This document shows positions 9,119 to 17,544 of a stretch of DNA of 39,371 bases, one piece after another. The stretch's first letter is position 1; each line of letters opens with the position of its first letter. A program made the position numbers and the translations under genes. Under the pieces are notes generated by a model, which saw nothing but the letters and a program-made list of their open reading frames with translations, had not been told where the DNA came from and ran no database searches. This stretch comes from a virus (Duplodnaviria > Caudoviricetes): the IMG/VR virus record IMGVR_UViG_3300050161_000160, positions 1-39,371 of that record; one strand, written 5' to 3'.

Positions 9119-10831
9119 TTACAAAATCTCCGTCGAGGTCAGGTGGAGGGCCTGGACGCTCTGCCCGTCCGTGTAGAAAAAGAGGATCGGCGGCGAGCCA
9201 CGAGCGGCGCGCACCTGGGCGGAGGCTTGCTGGATGACCAGGGCCCAGCCGCGTTGCGTGATGGTGTTGTCCACGCGGACACCGGCCAGGCCGTTGACTT
9301 CGGAAGCCTGGGCGTTGCTCAGGGCCACGCCGGAGCGGATGGCGCCGAAGTTGGACGCGGCCAGGATGGGGTCGCTGAGGTGCTGGGTGATTTTCCCATA
9401 GCCGCTGGCGTTGTAGGGGATGCTGGGCACGTTCGCCAGGAGGTCGGCCAGGGCCACCTTGAGGGCGTCATTGAGCCACACCTGGTTGACGAAGCTGTCC
9501 AGCCAGACAAACTTGCCGGTGATCGCGCCCGGATAGAACCGGAGGAATTCCTGGCTGGCCGAGCCGAAAACGCCATAGAAATTGACGCCCTTGTCCCGGA
9601 GCACCGTGGCCATATCCAGGTCCGAAACGTCCGCCGGGAGCCCGGACTGGGTGAGGAATGCGAAGTTGCGCCGCCCCTCCGTCCGGGTGAAGTCGATAGA
9701 CGCGGCGGACCCCATGATGAAGGCGGCCGCCTTGTAGGTATTCACCGGGGCATAAATATACGCCACGGAGCCGTAGCCGGCCTGGGTGATGGCATAGAAC
9801 GCGCCGGCCGTGTCGTCCGGGGTGGCGTCGGCCACGTCCGTGCTCCAGGGCACATAGGCGTAACGGTCGCCCTTGCCGTTGGCCCAAGCCGCAAAAGCGG
9901 TCTTGTTGTCCACGGACGGCTCAAAGAGCGTGGTGAAGCTCACCCAGTTGGAATTCTGCGCCACGATAGCGTCCATGGCGCCGCCAGGAGTGGCCGCAAC
10001 GGCCCCCGGGGAAACCTGAGCGCCCTTGGCGGCCGTGAGCTTCAGCGCGGTGGCGATGGTGCTGGCGTTGGCCACGGTGATGGTGCTTGCCTCGCCCGGC
10101 GTGCCGGCCGTGAGCATGAATGCGTCAAGCTGGCTGTCATAGGTGACAACCAGGGCGCCGGAAGTCATGGCCTCGCTGGTGATCGGGGAGCCAAGGGTGG
10201 CGCTCACCTGGTAGGTGCCCGCCTGGCCCGCCGTACCGGTGAGCTGGCTTACAATCTTGAGCCCGGCCGGCACGCCGGTGCCCAGGATGACCTGGCCCGC
10301 GGCGAGCGCGCCGGAGCTGAGGGCCGAGACGGTGAGCACGTTGCCGGCAATGGCGCCGGTGAAAACCGCGTCACTGTAGCCCAGGGCGGTCTGGACGATG
10401 CTTGCAACGTCGCTGTAGCTGGTGGCCGCGCTCAGATTGATGGTGCCGGAGGTGACGGGGTTGCCGTTCACGCTCAGGGTGATGGTGCCGGAGCTCAGCG
10501 CGGTAAGGGTCGCCAGCGGAGTGGCGAGGACCCCGCCTTCCAGGTAGGCCGGCACGCCCGCCAGGGGGTACTGGGAAACCAGGAGCGTGGCCGGCTTCAA
10601 GGGCGAATTGTCATAGCCCGCGAAGTAGGCGTCCGCGAATGCCTTTTCCGGCGATCCGGTGCCGAAGTGGTCGCCCACCAGGGTGGGGCTGGCGAAGCTG
10701 GCCACGGTGCCGATGGGGACGCTAGGGTCCGCCGTGAGCAAAAGGCCGATGACGGCCACGCCGGTGCCGCCCGCCGAAATTACGGCCGGGGTGACGCTGG
10801 CGAAAAAGTCGATAGGAATGCTCTTTGTCAT
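9119..10831 (-). CDS. Tail sheath protein, DUF3383 family
   Basis: SIP......VTPAVISAGG, V..HFG..S.E...A..YFAGYDNS..KP, W.DSFVNQVWL, SIPYN..GY, R.SPP..FFYTDGQSVQ motifs. Confidence 0.92.
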   Translation of the reverse strand: MTKSIPIDFFASVTPAVISAGGTGVAVIGLLLTADPSVPIGTVASFASPTLVGDHFGTGSPEKAFADAYFAGYDNSPLKPATLLVSQYPLAGVPAYLEGGVLATPLATLTALSSGTITLSVNGNPVTSGTINLSAATSYSDVASIVQTALGYSDAVFTGAIAGNVLTVSALSSGALAAGQVILGTGVPAGLKIVSQLTGTAGQAGTYQVSATLGSPITSEAMTSGALVVTYDSQLDAFMLTAGTPGEASTITVANASTIATALKLTAAKGAQVSPGAVAATPGGAMDAIVAQNSNWVSFTTLFEPSVDNKTAFAAWANGKGDRYAYVPWSTDVADATPDDTAGAFYAITQAGYGSVAYIYAPVNTYKAAAFIMGSAASIDFTRTEGRRNFAFLTQSGLPADVSDLDMATVLRDKGVNFYGVFGSASQEFLRFYPGAITGKFVWLDSFVNQVWLNDALKVALADLLANVPSIPYNASGYGKITQHLSDPILAASNFGAIRSGVALSNAQASEVNGLAGVRVDNTITQRGWALVIQQASAQVRAARGSPPILFFYTDGQSVQALHLTSTEIL

Positions 10832-11352
10832 CGGTCAACCTCATAGAAGAGCGAAACGTCCAGCGCCGCCGCATAGTCCTGGGGAACCGTTACCACGGGA
10901 TTGGCCTGGAGGTAAATGGTGACAATCCACCGCGTTTCGACTTGGCTTTCTGCATTCTCGAATGCGCTTTGTGTCGGTTCACTCGCATAGAGCGGCGAGA
11001 TGATCGTTTCAGCGAGAAATTGAGCCCCCCAGGCGCTCCGCCAGAGCATGGCGATCCGGGCCGCGTTGGCCGCGCAATCGTCCCCGCCGTGCACGTCAAG
11101 TTGGACCGCAAACTGGGTGCTCTTGCTCAGGTCCAGGCTGGCCGGGTTGGGCTCGCCGTCCCACGTCTCCACAACCGTGGCCAGCCCCTCCTGATTCATC
11201 ATGGTCATAATGATAAAATCATTGGCCATGGGCTCCGGCACGCGGTTGGCCTGGCCCTGGAACGCGTCCACGCCGGTGGGCAGGATCGCTAGGAGGAAGT
11301 TGCGGACGGCATCCAGAATGTCCAGCTCGCCCAGGGTGATGGGGACGGCCAT
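10828..11352 (-). CDS. Tail terminator / neck protein
   Basis: ATG at 11352 (MAVPITLG); GQANRVPEP, QLDVHG, PLYASEP, RW.V...LQANP.V..PQ motifs. Confidence 0.8.
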   Translation of the reverse strand: MAVPITLGELDILDAVRNFLLAILPTGVDAFQGQANRVPEPMANDFIIMTMMNQEGLATVVETWDGEPNPASLDLSKSTQFAVQLDVHGGDDCAANAARIAMLWRSAWGAQFLAETIISPLYASEPTQSAFENAESQVETRWIVTIYLQANPVVTVPQDYAAALDVSLFYEVDR

Positions 11353-11353
11353 C

Positions 11354-11746
11354 TCAGAAACCCTCCGGCGGGTTGGTTTGCTCGGCCACGATGACCTTGC
11401 ACCAGCCGTCCCCGTCCCACGGCTCCGGCACGTCCACGATGAGCCAATACGAGCCGCCAAAAGCCAGGATGTCCCCGCCCTTGCCGAGCCGCCGGCGAAC
11501 GCCGTTCACGGTGCCGTCCATATAGACCCCGCGCTTGACGCCTTGAATGTTGAGGCTGTCCGCGTGGCGGAGCTCGCCGCCGCTGAGCGCCTGGACCTGG
11601 AAGGTGCGGTCCTCCACTTTCTCAAAGCTGGGCGTGCGCTTGCCGCCGTAGCCGGTCGTGGACCCCTGGGATATATATGCGTCCCCCTTCACGTTCGGGT
11701 TAACCGTGCTGGTGAGGGGGTTGGCTAGGCCGCGCAAACTCATCAT
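11354..11746 (-). CDS. Head closure / head-tail adaptor
   Basis: LRGLAN.....VNPN, QVQALS..ELRH.D.LNIQG, KGGD.L......WL.V.V.E.W..WCKV motifs. Confidence 0.75.
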   Translation of the reverse strand: MMSLRGLANPLTSTVNPNVKGDAYISQGSTTGYGGKRTPSFEKVEDRTFQVQALSGGELRHADSLNIQGVKRGVYMDGTVNGVRRRLGKGGDILAFGGSYWLIVDVPEPWDGDGWCKVIVAEQTNPPEGF

Positions 11747-12291
11747 TCCACCTCATACGCCTGGGGGCCCTGCAAGCTCTGGAGCATGAAGCCGGTCCAC
11801 ACAAGCGGCTTTGCCCCGGAGCCGCTCACGCCGGGCTTTGTCCCGTTGGCGATGTCCCGGCGCGCGGCCGTCACGTCCGCAAAGGTCATGCCCGTGCGGT
11901 CCGGGAAGCGTTCACGCAAGAGAAGGGTGACGGGCGAGAGCGCCGGCGCGTTGGTCTGCACCAGGCTTACGGCAATATCCCCCGCCATGACCGCGCCCAT
12001 GCGCTCCAGGGCCTCCCGGCTATCCAGGCCGGCCGCACGGAGCTCCAGGCCCAGGCGTTGCCCCCAGGCGGGCTTGTTGTTGGCAATGGCGTTGCTGAAG
12101 AACGGCCGGGGCGGGATGCCCTTGCGCGGGGCGCCAAAGTTGTTGGCGGCCGCGGCCACCGCAACGGGGGTGCCGTCCGGGTAGCGCGCCCGCTCCGTGA
12201 AGCCCGCGCGCACCTTGCTGGCCGAGCCGAGCTTGCGGGCGAGCTCCTCCAGGTGGCGGGTGAGCTCTTCGCCGCCGCTCACCGTGGCCAT
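11743..12291 (-). CDS. Neck / tail completion protein
   Basis: ATG at 12291 in a TGATG overlap; GF...ARYPDGTPVA..AA.NNFG....IPPRPFF...KPLVWTG.M motifs. Confidence 0.8.
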   Translation of the reverse strand: MATVSGGEELTRHLEELARKLGSASKVRAGFTERARYPDGTPVAVAAAANNFGAPRKGIPPRPFFSNAIANNKPAWGQRLGLELRAAGLDSREALERMGAVMAGDIAVSLVQTNAPALSPVTLLLRERFPDRTGMTFADVTAARRDIANGTKPGVSGSGAKPLVWTGFMLQSLQGPQAYEVE

Positions 12292-12737
12292 CACTGCCCC
12301 CGGTAGGTTCGCGGGTAGGGCACGCCCACAAAGGGCTGGGGGCCCTGGTGATACTGGAAGCGGAGATAGGGCTGGACGGCTTGCCAATATTGGGCGCCGT
12401 ATTGGGTCTGCTCAAACCATTTGCCGGAGCCCACCGGATAGTCCCCCATGGAGACGGAAACGCTCCCCTCGCTCGCACTGGCCACGCGGCCGAGCATTCC
12501 CCCGCCGGCGGCCCCAGCTTGCGCTGAGCGCGCGTCCAGCGCGGCGAGGTGGGCCACCAGGAGATTGAACAGAGCCAAGCGCCTGGTGGCGTCACGAACG
12601 GGGCTCGCATCGCTGTTGTCCAGCAAGGTTGCCGCCGCGTCGTCAAACATGGCCTGAGCGGTCGGCTCAGGCGTAACGGCGGCCAGGGCGGGCCAACGTG
12701 CGGACCAGGCCGCATAGTTGAAAACCGCGCTGGCCAC
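12291..12737 (-). CDS. Head-tail connector, DUF4054 family
   Basis: F.YAAW.AR.P, L...VAHLA.L, GRVASASEGSVSVS, WF.QTQYGAQYWQA motifs. Confidence 0.88.
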   Translation of the reverse strand: MASAVFNYAAWSARWPALAAVTPEPTAQAMFDDAAATLLDNSDASPVRDATRRLALFNLLVAHLAALDARSAQAGAAGGGMLGRVASASEGSVSVSMGDYPVGSGKWFEQTQYGAQYWQAVQPYLRFQYHQGPQPFVGVPYPRTYRGQ

Positions 12738-12741
12738 GGTT

Positions 12742-13122
12742 TTACTCTTCGTCCTTCACCGGCTCAACGCCGGGGCCGGGCTTTTCCGGGTCGAGGGCGT
12801 CCACGCCGGTGGAAATTTCCGCGCCCAGCTCTTCCACCATATCCACGGCCTTGTTGGCCGCGGTCGGCATGATGTTGCCATTGGCAACGGCCGGGTGCTT
12901 GGCGGTCCGCATCCAGTCGTCCAGCCACGCCTTGTCCACGTTGTGCGTGATGCCCCACTGGCCGCTCACGGCCGTGGTGGTGGCAATCGCCTTGGGGTGG
13001 TTGGCGCCGGCGAGCGTGATGCTCTTGCCCTTGTGGTCGATGGTGAGGCCGTGGGGCAGATTGCACGCCACGGAAATGGTTTCGCCGCTCTTCACCTGAG
13101 CGGACTGGTTGGCTTCCGCCAT
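12742..13122 (-). CDS. Conserved virion-associated protein downstream of capsid
   Basis: VACNLPHGL...G.WGIT.NVDK...D.W...TG.D.LDP pattern; AAGGGAG RBS. Confidence 0.7.
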   Translation of the reverse strand: MAEANQSAQVKSGETISVACNLPHGLTIDHKGKSITLAGANHPKAIATTTAVSGQWGITHNVDKAWLDDWMRTAKHPAVANGNIMPTAANKAVDMVEELGAEISTGVDALDPEKPGPGVEPVKDEE

Positions 13123-13161
13123 AGTTATGCTCCCTTGTCTCGGAAAGGGGGTAGAAAGGGT

Positions 13162-13200
13162 GGACCGGGGCGCCTTGCAGAAAGGGAAGCGCCCCGGTCC
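13162..13200 (-). terminator. Strong hairpin just after the capsid stop (terminator, attenuator or mRNA stabiliser)
   Basis: Perfect 12-bp stem GGACCGGGGCGC/GCGCCCCGGTCC, followed on the minus strand only by an interrupted pyrimidine tract (ACCCTTTCTACCCCCTTTCC). Confidence 0.6.
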
Positions 13201-13208
13201 GGTCTAGC

Positions 13209-14255
13209 TCAGATTCCGAGCATCTGAGCGAGAGCGATGGGGTAGCGCATGATGAAGCCCCAGGTGCCCCCGGACTTCTTCTGGCTCCACGAGCTGCTCT
13301 TCTGGATGATGGCGTGGTTGCGCATCTTTTCCGTGAAGCCGCAATAGGTGCTGTCCTTGCCGTCCACCTTGTCCAGGCGGAGCTGCATGAGGTCGCCGCC
13401 GTCCGTGGTCATCTCCGGCGCCGTCACAATCTTCAGGCCCGGGAAACCGCGGGTGATGAGGTCGATTGCGCGGGTGCCGTAGCTGTTGGCGTTTTCCAGC
13501 CAGACTTCCTTCGTGGGCGACAGAACCAGGGTCATGGCCTCGCCGCGGTCGGCATTGCCCCCCATTTGGGTCTGGAGCGTGAGGAAGAGTTTCTGGAAGT
13601 CGGCAAAGATGACTTCCGGCGCGGTGGCCGCACCCCAAGCGCCGGCGGTCGGAGTAACCGGGGCGATAAGGTTGGGATCGTTGAGCGCGCCGTAATTCTT
13701 CAGGCCGGAAATGCCGTAGAAATACGATTTGTTGTGGAACTTGTTGAGGATCAGGGCCGCGGCCACGCTCTGCTCAGAGACGTAGGCAACGCCCGCCAGG
13801 GCCTCAATGTCCGTTTCACGCTCGCCCCAGCGGGCGAAGGTCTGGAAGTGGTAGCTTTCGCGCGACACCCAGTTGACATTGTGGCCAGCGCGGCCGCTCT
13901 CGGCATAGTCGCCATAGCTGGAGACTTCGCCGGTGCTTTCGATCACGCGGAACTGGGTGGTAAAGGTCGTCCAGTTGCCCTTTTGGGTTTCCCCAAAGGC
14001 TTCCGCCGCCTTCATCGGCTGAGTGATGACGCGGACTTCCTCCGGGTCGATCACGTTGGCCAGGAACGCCGGGATGCCGGCGCTCGGCGTGGTGATGAGG
14101 CCCGGCACGCTGTCCATGGCCACGATGCCGGAGGCGCGGAAGGCGGCGTCACGCGCAACCTTCGGCTTTTCCTTCATCTCTTCCGTGAGGAGAATGGCCT
14201 GGGGCGGCACGTGGACGCCGGCGGCCACCAGGCGGTCAAACTGGGAACGGAGCAT
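13209..14255 (-). CDS. Major capsid protein (DUF2184-like, HK97 fold)
   Basis: GIPAFL...IDP...PMKAAE.FGE.QKG.WT, E.TGEVSSYGDY, YGALNDPNL, F.EKMR.H, QKKSGGTWG...YP.A.AQMLGI motifs. Confidence 0.92.
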   Translation of the reverse strand: MLRSQFDRLVAAGVHVPPQAILLTEEMKEKPKVARDAAFRASGIVAMDSVPGLITTPSAGIPAFLANVIDPEEVRVITQPMKAAEAFGETQKGNWTTFTTQFRVIESTGEVSSYGDYAESGRAGHNVNWVSRESYHFQTFARWGERETDIEALAGVAYVSEQSVAAALILNKFHNKSYFYGISGLKNYGALNDPNLIAPVTPTAGAWGAATAPEVIFADFQKLFLTLQTQMGGNADRGEAMTLVLSPTKEVWLENANSYGTRAIDLITRGFPGLKIVTAPEMTTDGGDLMQLRLDKVDGKDSTYCGFTEKMRNHAIIQKSSSWSQKKSGGTWGFIMRYPIALAQMLGI

Positions 14256-14261
14256 AGTAGT

Positions 14262-14948
14262 TTAGCCCTCCTGGCTGGTGCGCGCCAGCTCACCGGCGTT
14301 TGCTGCGGAAAGGACCTTCCAGGCGGTGGCCTGGCCGGTGGTAGCCGTGATCGCAACGCCGGAGGCGCTGGCGGTCGCGTTGGCCGAGAGGACGGCGGTG
14401 TGGGCCACGTTGTCGGCGCTCAGGATGGTGGCGCCGGCCGGGATGCCCGCACCGCTCACCGGCTGGCCAGGATAGACCGAGCCGGACAGGGCCGTGAGGT
14501 TGGGCGAGCCGTTCACCGTGGTGGCGGTAACGGCCGCGGTGGGCGCGGCGGTCCCGGCGATGGCCGAGCCGTCCGCGTAGGAGGCATAAACCGTGTCGCC
14601 CTGGTTGGCGCCGCCGGCGAAGCGCATCCAAAAGTCCGCCTTGGTATGGAGCACAAGGCCCAGGCCGTAAGGGACGCGGAGCGAGGCTTCACCCAGCCAA
14701 TCGGTGATGAACGCGGCGCCCTGGCCTTCGCGGGCGGCAAAGCCCAGGCGGGCCACGCCGGAGCCGGGCTTGGCATTGGTGGCCACGCCGTTGCCGTCCG
14801 CCCAGGCGAAGCGGCCCAGGAGAACGCCCAGGGCGCCCGTTACCAGGCCGCCGGGGCCCGCCACCATGACCTGGCGCGGGTTGTCGCTGGCGAAGTCACC
14901 TTCAACGGCGGGCGACGGTTCGCGGTTCACATTGCTCTGAAAGGTCAT
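14262..14948 (-). CDS. Capsid decoration / cement protein
   Basis: FQ..VN..P.PAVEGDFAS.NPR, G..GV..GRFAW, GF..REGQ..A.I..WLGE motifs; between protease and capsid. Confidence 0.8.
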   Translation of the reverse strand: MTFQSNVNREPSPAVEGDFASDNPRQVMVAGPGGLVTGALGVLLGRFAWADGNGVATNAKPGSGVARLGFAAREGQGAAFITDWLGEASLRVPYGLGLVLHTKADFWMRFAGGANQGDTVYASYADGSAIAGTAAPTAAVTATTVNGSPNLTALSGSVYPGQPVSGAGIPAGATILSADNVAHTAVLSANATASASGVAITATTGQATAWKVLSAANAGELARTSQEG

Positions 14949-14951
14949 CGG

Positions 14952-16289
14952 TTAGCTCCGCACAATCCGGTGCCCTTTCGGGAGCACCGCGTCCAGGGGG
15001 TCGCTGGCGCCGGCCGCGGCGTCCTGAGCGAAGGGGGTTGCGTCCGGCCGCTGCAACAGGTCAACCATGGCCTCCAGGGCCACTTCGTCCTTGATGCCGG
15101 TGTGCTTGACGCCGGCGGCGTCCAGGGCGAGCCGGTAGAGGCGGCCGGTGGCGCCGGGGCTGTCCATTGCCACCTTCACGGTGCCGATGAACGGGCGCAC
15201 CTTGTCGCACGCCCGGTTGTAGTTGGCCACGTCGCGGAGGGCCTGGGTGCGGATCGCGTTGGCGTCCATGGCAACGGCGGGCTTGCGCTTCGGCTTCGGG
15301 GCGCCGTCATTGGCACGCCCGTTGCCCTCTTCGCCTTCGCCCTCTTCCGAATTCTCGCCGCCCTCTTCCGAATTCTCGCCGCCCTCTTCGCCTTCGCCTT
15401 CCTCGCCGCCGTCATCCTGGGCGCCCCCCAGGTGCTGGCCCAGCTCGGCCAGGTCTTCGTCGCTCAGCTTGGTCTTGAGGAAAGCCATGGCGGCTTCCGG
15501 GAGGCCGTCCATTGCGTTGGGGTCCGGGTTGAGCTCATCATCCTGGGCCTCGCCGCCCTCTTCGCCTTCGCCGGCGCTCGCCGCGGCAATGAGGTTGACC
15601 AGCTCTTCAGGATCAATGTCCGCGTCCTTGGCGAATAGCGCCCGCGCGCTGGCCGTGAAGCGGAGGAATGCGGCTTTCTTCATTTTTAGCCCTTTCGGAA
15701 AGGCATCGCTAACCATTACATCCGGCCCCGCTCGTCCTTTTTCGACAAGCGCAACGTGATTAGCGATGATGTTTACCATACGTCCATCATAGCGCAAGCC
15801 CTGGAAAGTGCCGGGGCTCATATCGGCTTCGTAGCGGTAGGAGCTCGAAAGCTCTTGCTTTTCGCCACTCTCGATTTCGTCAATCGCCTGTTGCGTCCAA
15901 ACCGTAAGGGTCGTCACCAGGTAAGTGCCGTCGAATTCCGTGTCTGTGCCGGTCGTTCCCACCACAATTTCTTGCTTCGGGTCGCCCGCTTCCACGGGGT
16001 CGTGCTCATCCAAAAGCTGGATGTTGTTAAAGGTGGCCGCGCCTTTCTTGAGCTCGTCGGGATCGCGGAGGAGCTTGTAAACTTTCTTGGGGTCCAGCCC
16101 CAGCTCTTCGCAATTAGGAATTTCCCATCCGTAATACGGATTGACCGTGGCTTTCGAGATTCGGCATTTGGCCACGTGGAGCCGGCCGTCCGCGTCCACG
16201 GTGCGAGAAGAGCCGCGGTCGAGAGCGAAGCGGTTGGCCCTCGTGGCCAGGGCGCGGTCCATTGCAAGTTTCGTCATGGCGGGCCTCAT
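14952..16289 (-). CDS. Prohead protease / scaffold, DUF2213 family
   Basis: R..D.DGRLHV....ISKATVNPYYG.EIP, ELSSSYRY.ADM.PG, NHVALVEKGRAGPDV.V.D, then an acidic low-complexity scaffold half. Start may be ATG 16277. Confidence 0.9.
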   Translation of the reverse strand: MRPAMTKLAMDRALATRANRFALDRGSSRTVDADGRLHVAKCRISKATVNPYYGWEIPNCEELGLDPKKVYKLLRDPDELKKGAATFNNIQLLDEHDPVEAGDPKQEIVVGTTGTDTEFDGTYLVTTLTVWTQQAIDEIESGEKQELSSSYRYEADMSPGTFQGLRYDGRMVNIIANHVALVEKGRAGPDVMVSDAFPKGLKMKKAAFLRFTASARALFAKDADIDPEELVNLIAAASAGEGEEGGEAQDDELNPDPNAMDGLPEAAMAFLKTKLSDEDLAELGQHLGGAQDDGGEEGEGEEGGENSEEGGENSEEGEGEEGNGRANDGAPKPKRKPAVAMDANAIRTQALRDVANYNRACDKVRPFIGTVKVAMDSPGATGRLYRLALDAAGVKHTGIKDEVALEAMVDLLQRPDATPFAQDAAAGASDPLDAVLPKGHRIVRS

Positions 16290-16651
16290 GCGGGCAGAAA
16301 GAAAGTACGGCGGCGGAGCTGGCGGGCCTTCACCAGGGCAACGTAGCCGGCCTGGTCGGAAACTTCCATATCGCCCGGCACGCCAAAGACCAGCGCCACG
16401 TAGGCCGCCTGGTCGGGGTTTAAAACGCCGGGGTCTTCCACCAGCGCCACGTAGGCCGCCTGGTCCGGGATGAAAACGCCGGGGTCTTCCACCAGCGCCA
16501 CGTAGCCGGCCTGGTCTGGAATGATGACGCCCGGGTCCGGCACCAGGGGGACGTAAGCCGCCTGGTCCGGCACCTCCAGGCCGCCGGACGCAACGCCGGC
16601 GGGCCCTATCGAGCCGACTGGCGCCGTGCCGATGGGGGCGAAGCCAACCAT
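16286..16651 (-). CDS. Small repeat protein (5 x DQA[AG]YV[AP]LV); probable head-fibre cassette component
   Basis: Translationally coupled at both ends (TAATG at the start, overlap with the next ATG at the end). N-terminal GFAPIGTAPVG motif. Confidence 0.7.
   Translation of the reverse strand: MVGFAPIGTAPVGSIGPAGVASGGLEVPDQAAYVPLVPDPGVIIPDQAGYVALVEDPGVFIPDQAAYVALVEDPGVLNPDQAAYVALVFGVPGDMEVSDQAGYVALVKARQLRRRTFFLPA
16332..16576. repeat. Five imperfect coding tandem repeats, period 51 bp (one 57 bp)
   Basis: accag...acgta...cctggtc units start at 16332, 16389, 16440, 16491 and 16542. Confidence 0.9.
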
Positions 16652-17529
16652 TATACGAGGCTGAAGGCGTTAACGGTTTGCGCGATAACCGGGGTGTAGG
16701 AGCCGCACACTATCACGGGGCCCACGCCGGCTGGATCGCCGCCCAGGTCCGCTTTGATGTTGTAGGAGAAAGCCTCCATGAAAGTCTTGCCATCCCATGA
16801 ATATGCGAAGCTCCCCACGCCGGTGGAGGAAGTATAGAAGAGCTGGAGCCAGGACGGCAAAGTATTCATGTATTGGAAGACTTCGTATCCATCATAGGTC
16901 GTTGCATTAAAACGCGCCAAGTGCAGCGCGTAACGGCTGTCCTGGCCATAGGTGAAGCACTTATTTTTCGCCGCGTTGTAAACGCCAATCCCGGCGTTTC
17001 CGTAAAGAGTAGGCGATGCCCCCGGGGCATCGCTGCGCATCCCGGTGTCCATGCGTAGCTTGCACGTCCAGTTTACGCCCCCGGTGAGGGTCTTCCCCAA
17101 AACGCGCGGTTCGTTAAACGGGCCGGTTTGGGTGAGAATGAGCCCCACGTCCGGGTCATCGGTATGGCTGGGCAACGTGTTGAAATTGTCATTGAAGTAG
17201 GAATAGAGCGGCGGGTTCCAATACCAGGGCACGAAGCTGCCCACGTTGGCCACGCAGGCAACGGTGGCCGTCCCGGACAGGTTGAGGAGCGCGCCGGTGG
17301 AGCTCTCAAAATGCGGATCGGTCCCCGGGCCCGGCCGGGTGATGGTGGTCCCGTTGTAGAGCCCCACGCCCAGCTCCCAGGCCGCCCCGTCCTCTATCAG
17401 GTAAGAGTAGAACTGGCCGGCCGCGGCGCCCCCGCCGCTCCAGCTCAGATAGGGCGAGACGGCGGCGGCGGGGGTAATTGTGCCGGTGCCGGTCGTGGCC
17501 GTGCTGGCCTTTACGCGATTGAGCAACAT
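16651..17529 (-). CDS. Putative fibre/adhesin: NRVKxxTxTTGTG N-terminal anchor plus beta-sandwich C-terminal domain
   Basis: LLNRVKASTATTGTGTIT...YSYLIEDGAAWELGVGLY..TTITR N-domain. Aromatic-rich C-domain (FAYSWDGKTF) with visibly lower GC. Confidence 0.65.
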   Translation of the reverse strand: MLLNRVKASTATTGTGTITPAAAVSPYLSWSGGGAAAGQFYSYLIEDGAAWELGVGLYNGTTITRPGPGTDPHFESSTGALLNLSGTATVACVANVGSFVPWYWNPPLYSYFNDNFNTLPSHTDDPDVGLILTQTGPFNEPRVLGKTLTGGVNWTCKLRMDTGMRSDAPGASPTLYGNAGIGVYNAAKNKCFTYGQDSRYALHLARFNATTYDGYEVFQYMNTLPSWLQLFYTSSTGVGSFAYSWDGKTFMEAFSYNIKADLGGDPAGVGPVIVCGSYTPVIAQTVNAFSLV

Positions 17530-17544
17530 TGTCCGGGGCCTCTC

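Noticed and set aside
13314-15638. 774-aa plus-strand ORF, and similar long antisense ORFs (9107-10846, 21262-22734, 5746-6987, 35193-36305)
   Set aside because: They lie exactly opposite well-supported genes, have no motifs or RBS, and are the expected shadow ORFs of high-GC codon usage.
16332-16576. 51-bp periodic repeats as a CRISPR array
   Set aside because: Period is a multiple of 3, variation is mostly synonymous, there are no unique spacers and no cas genes; it is a coding repeat.
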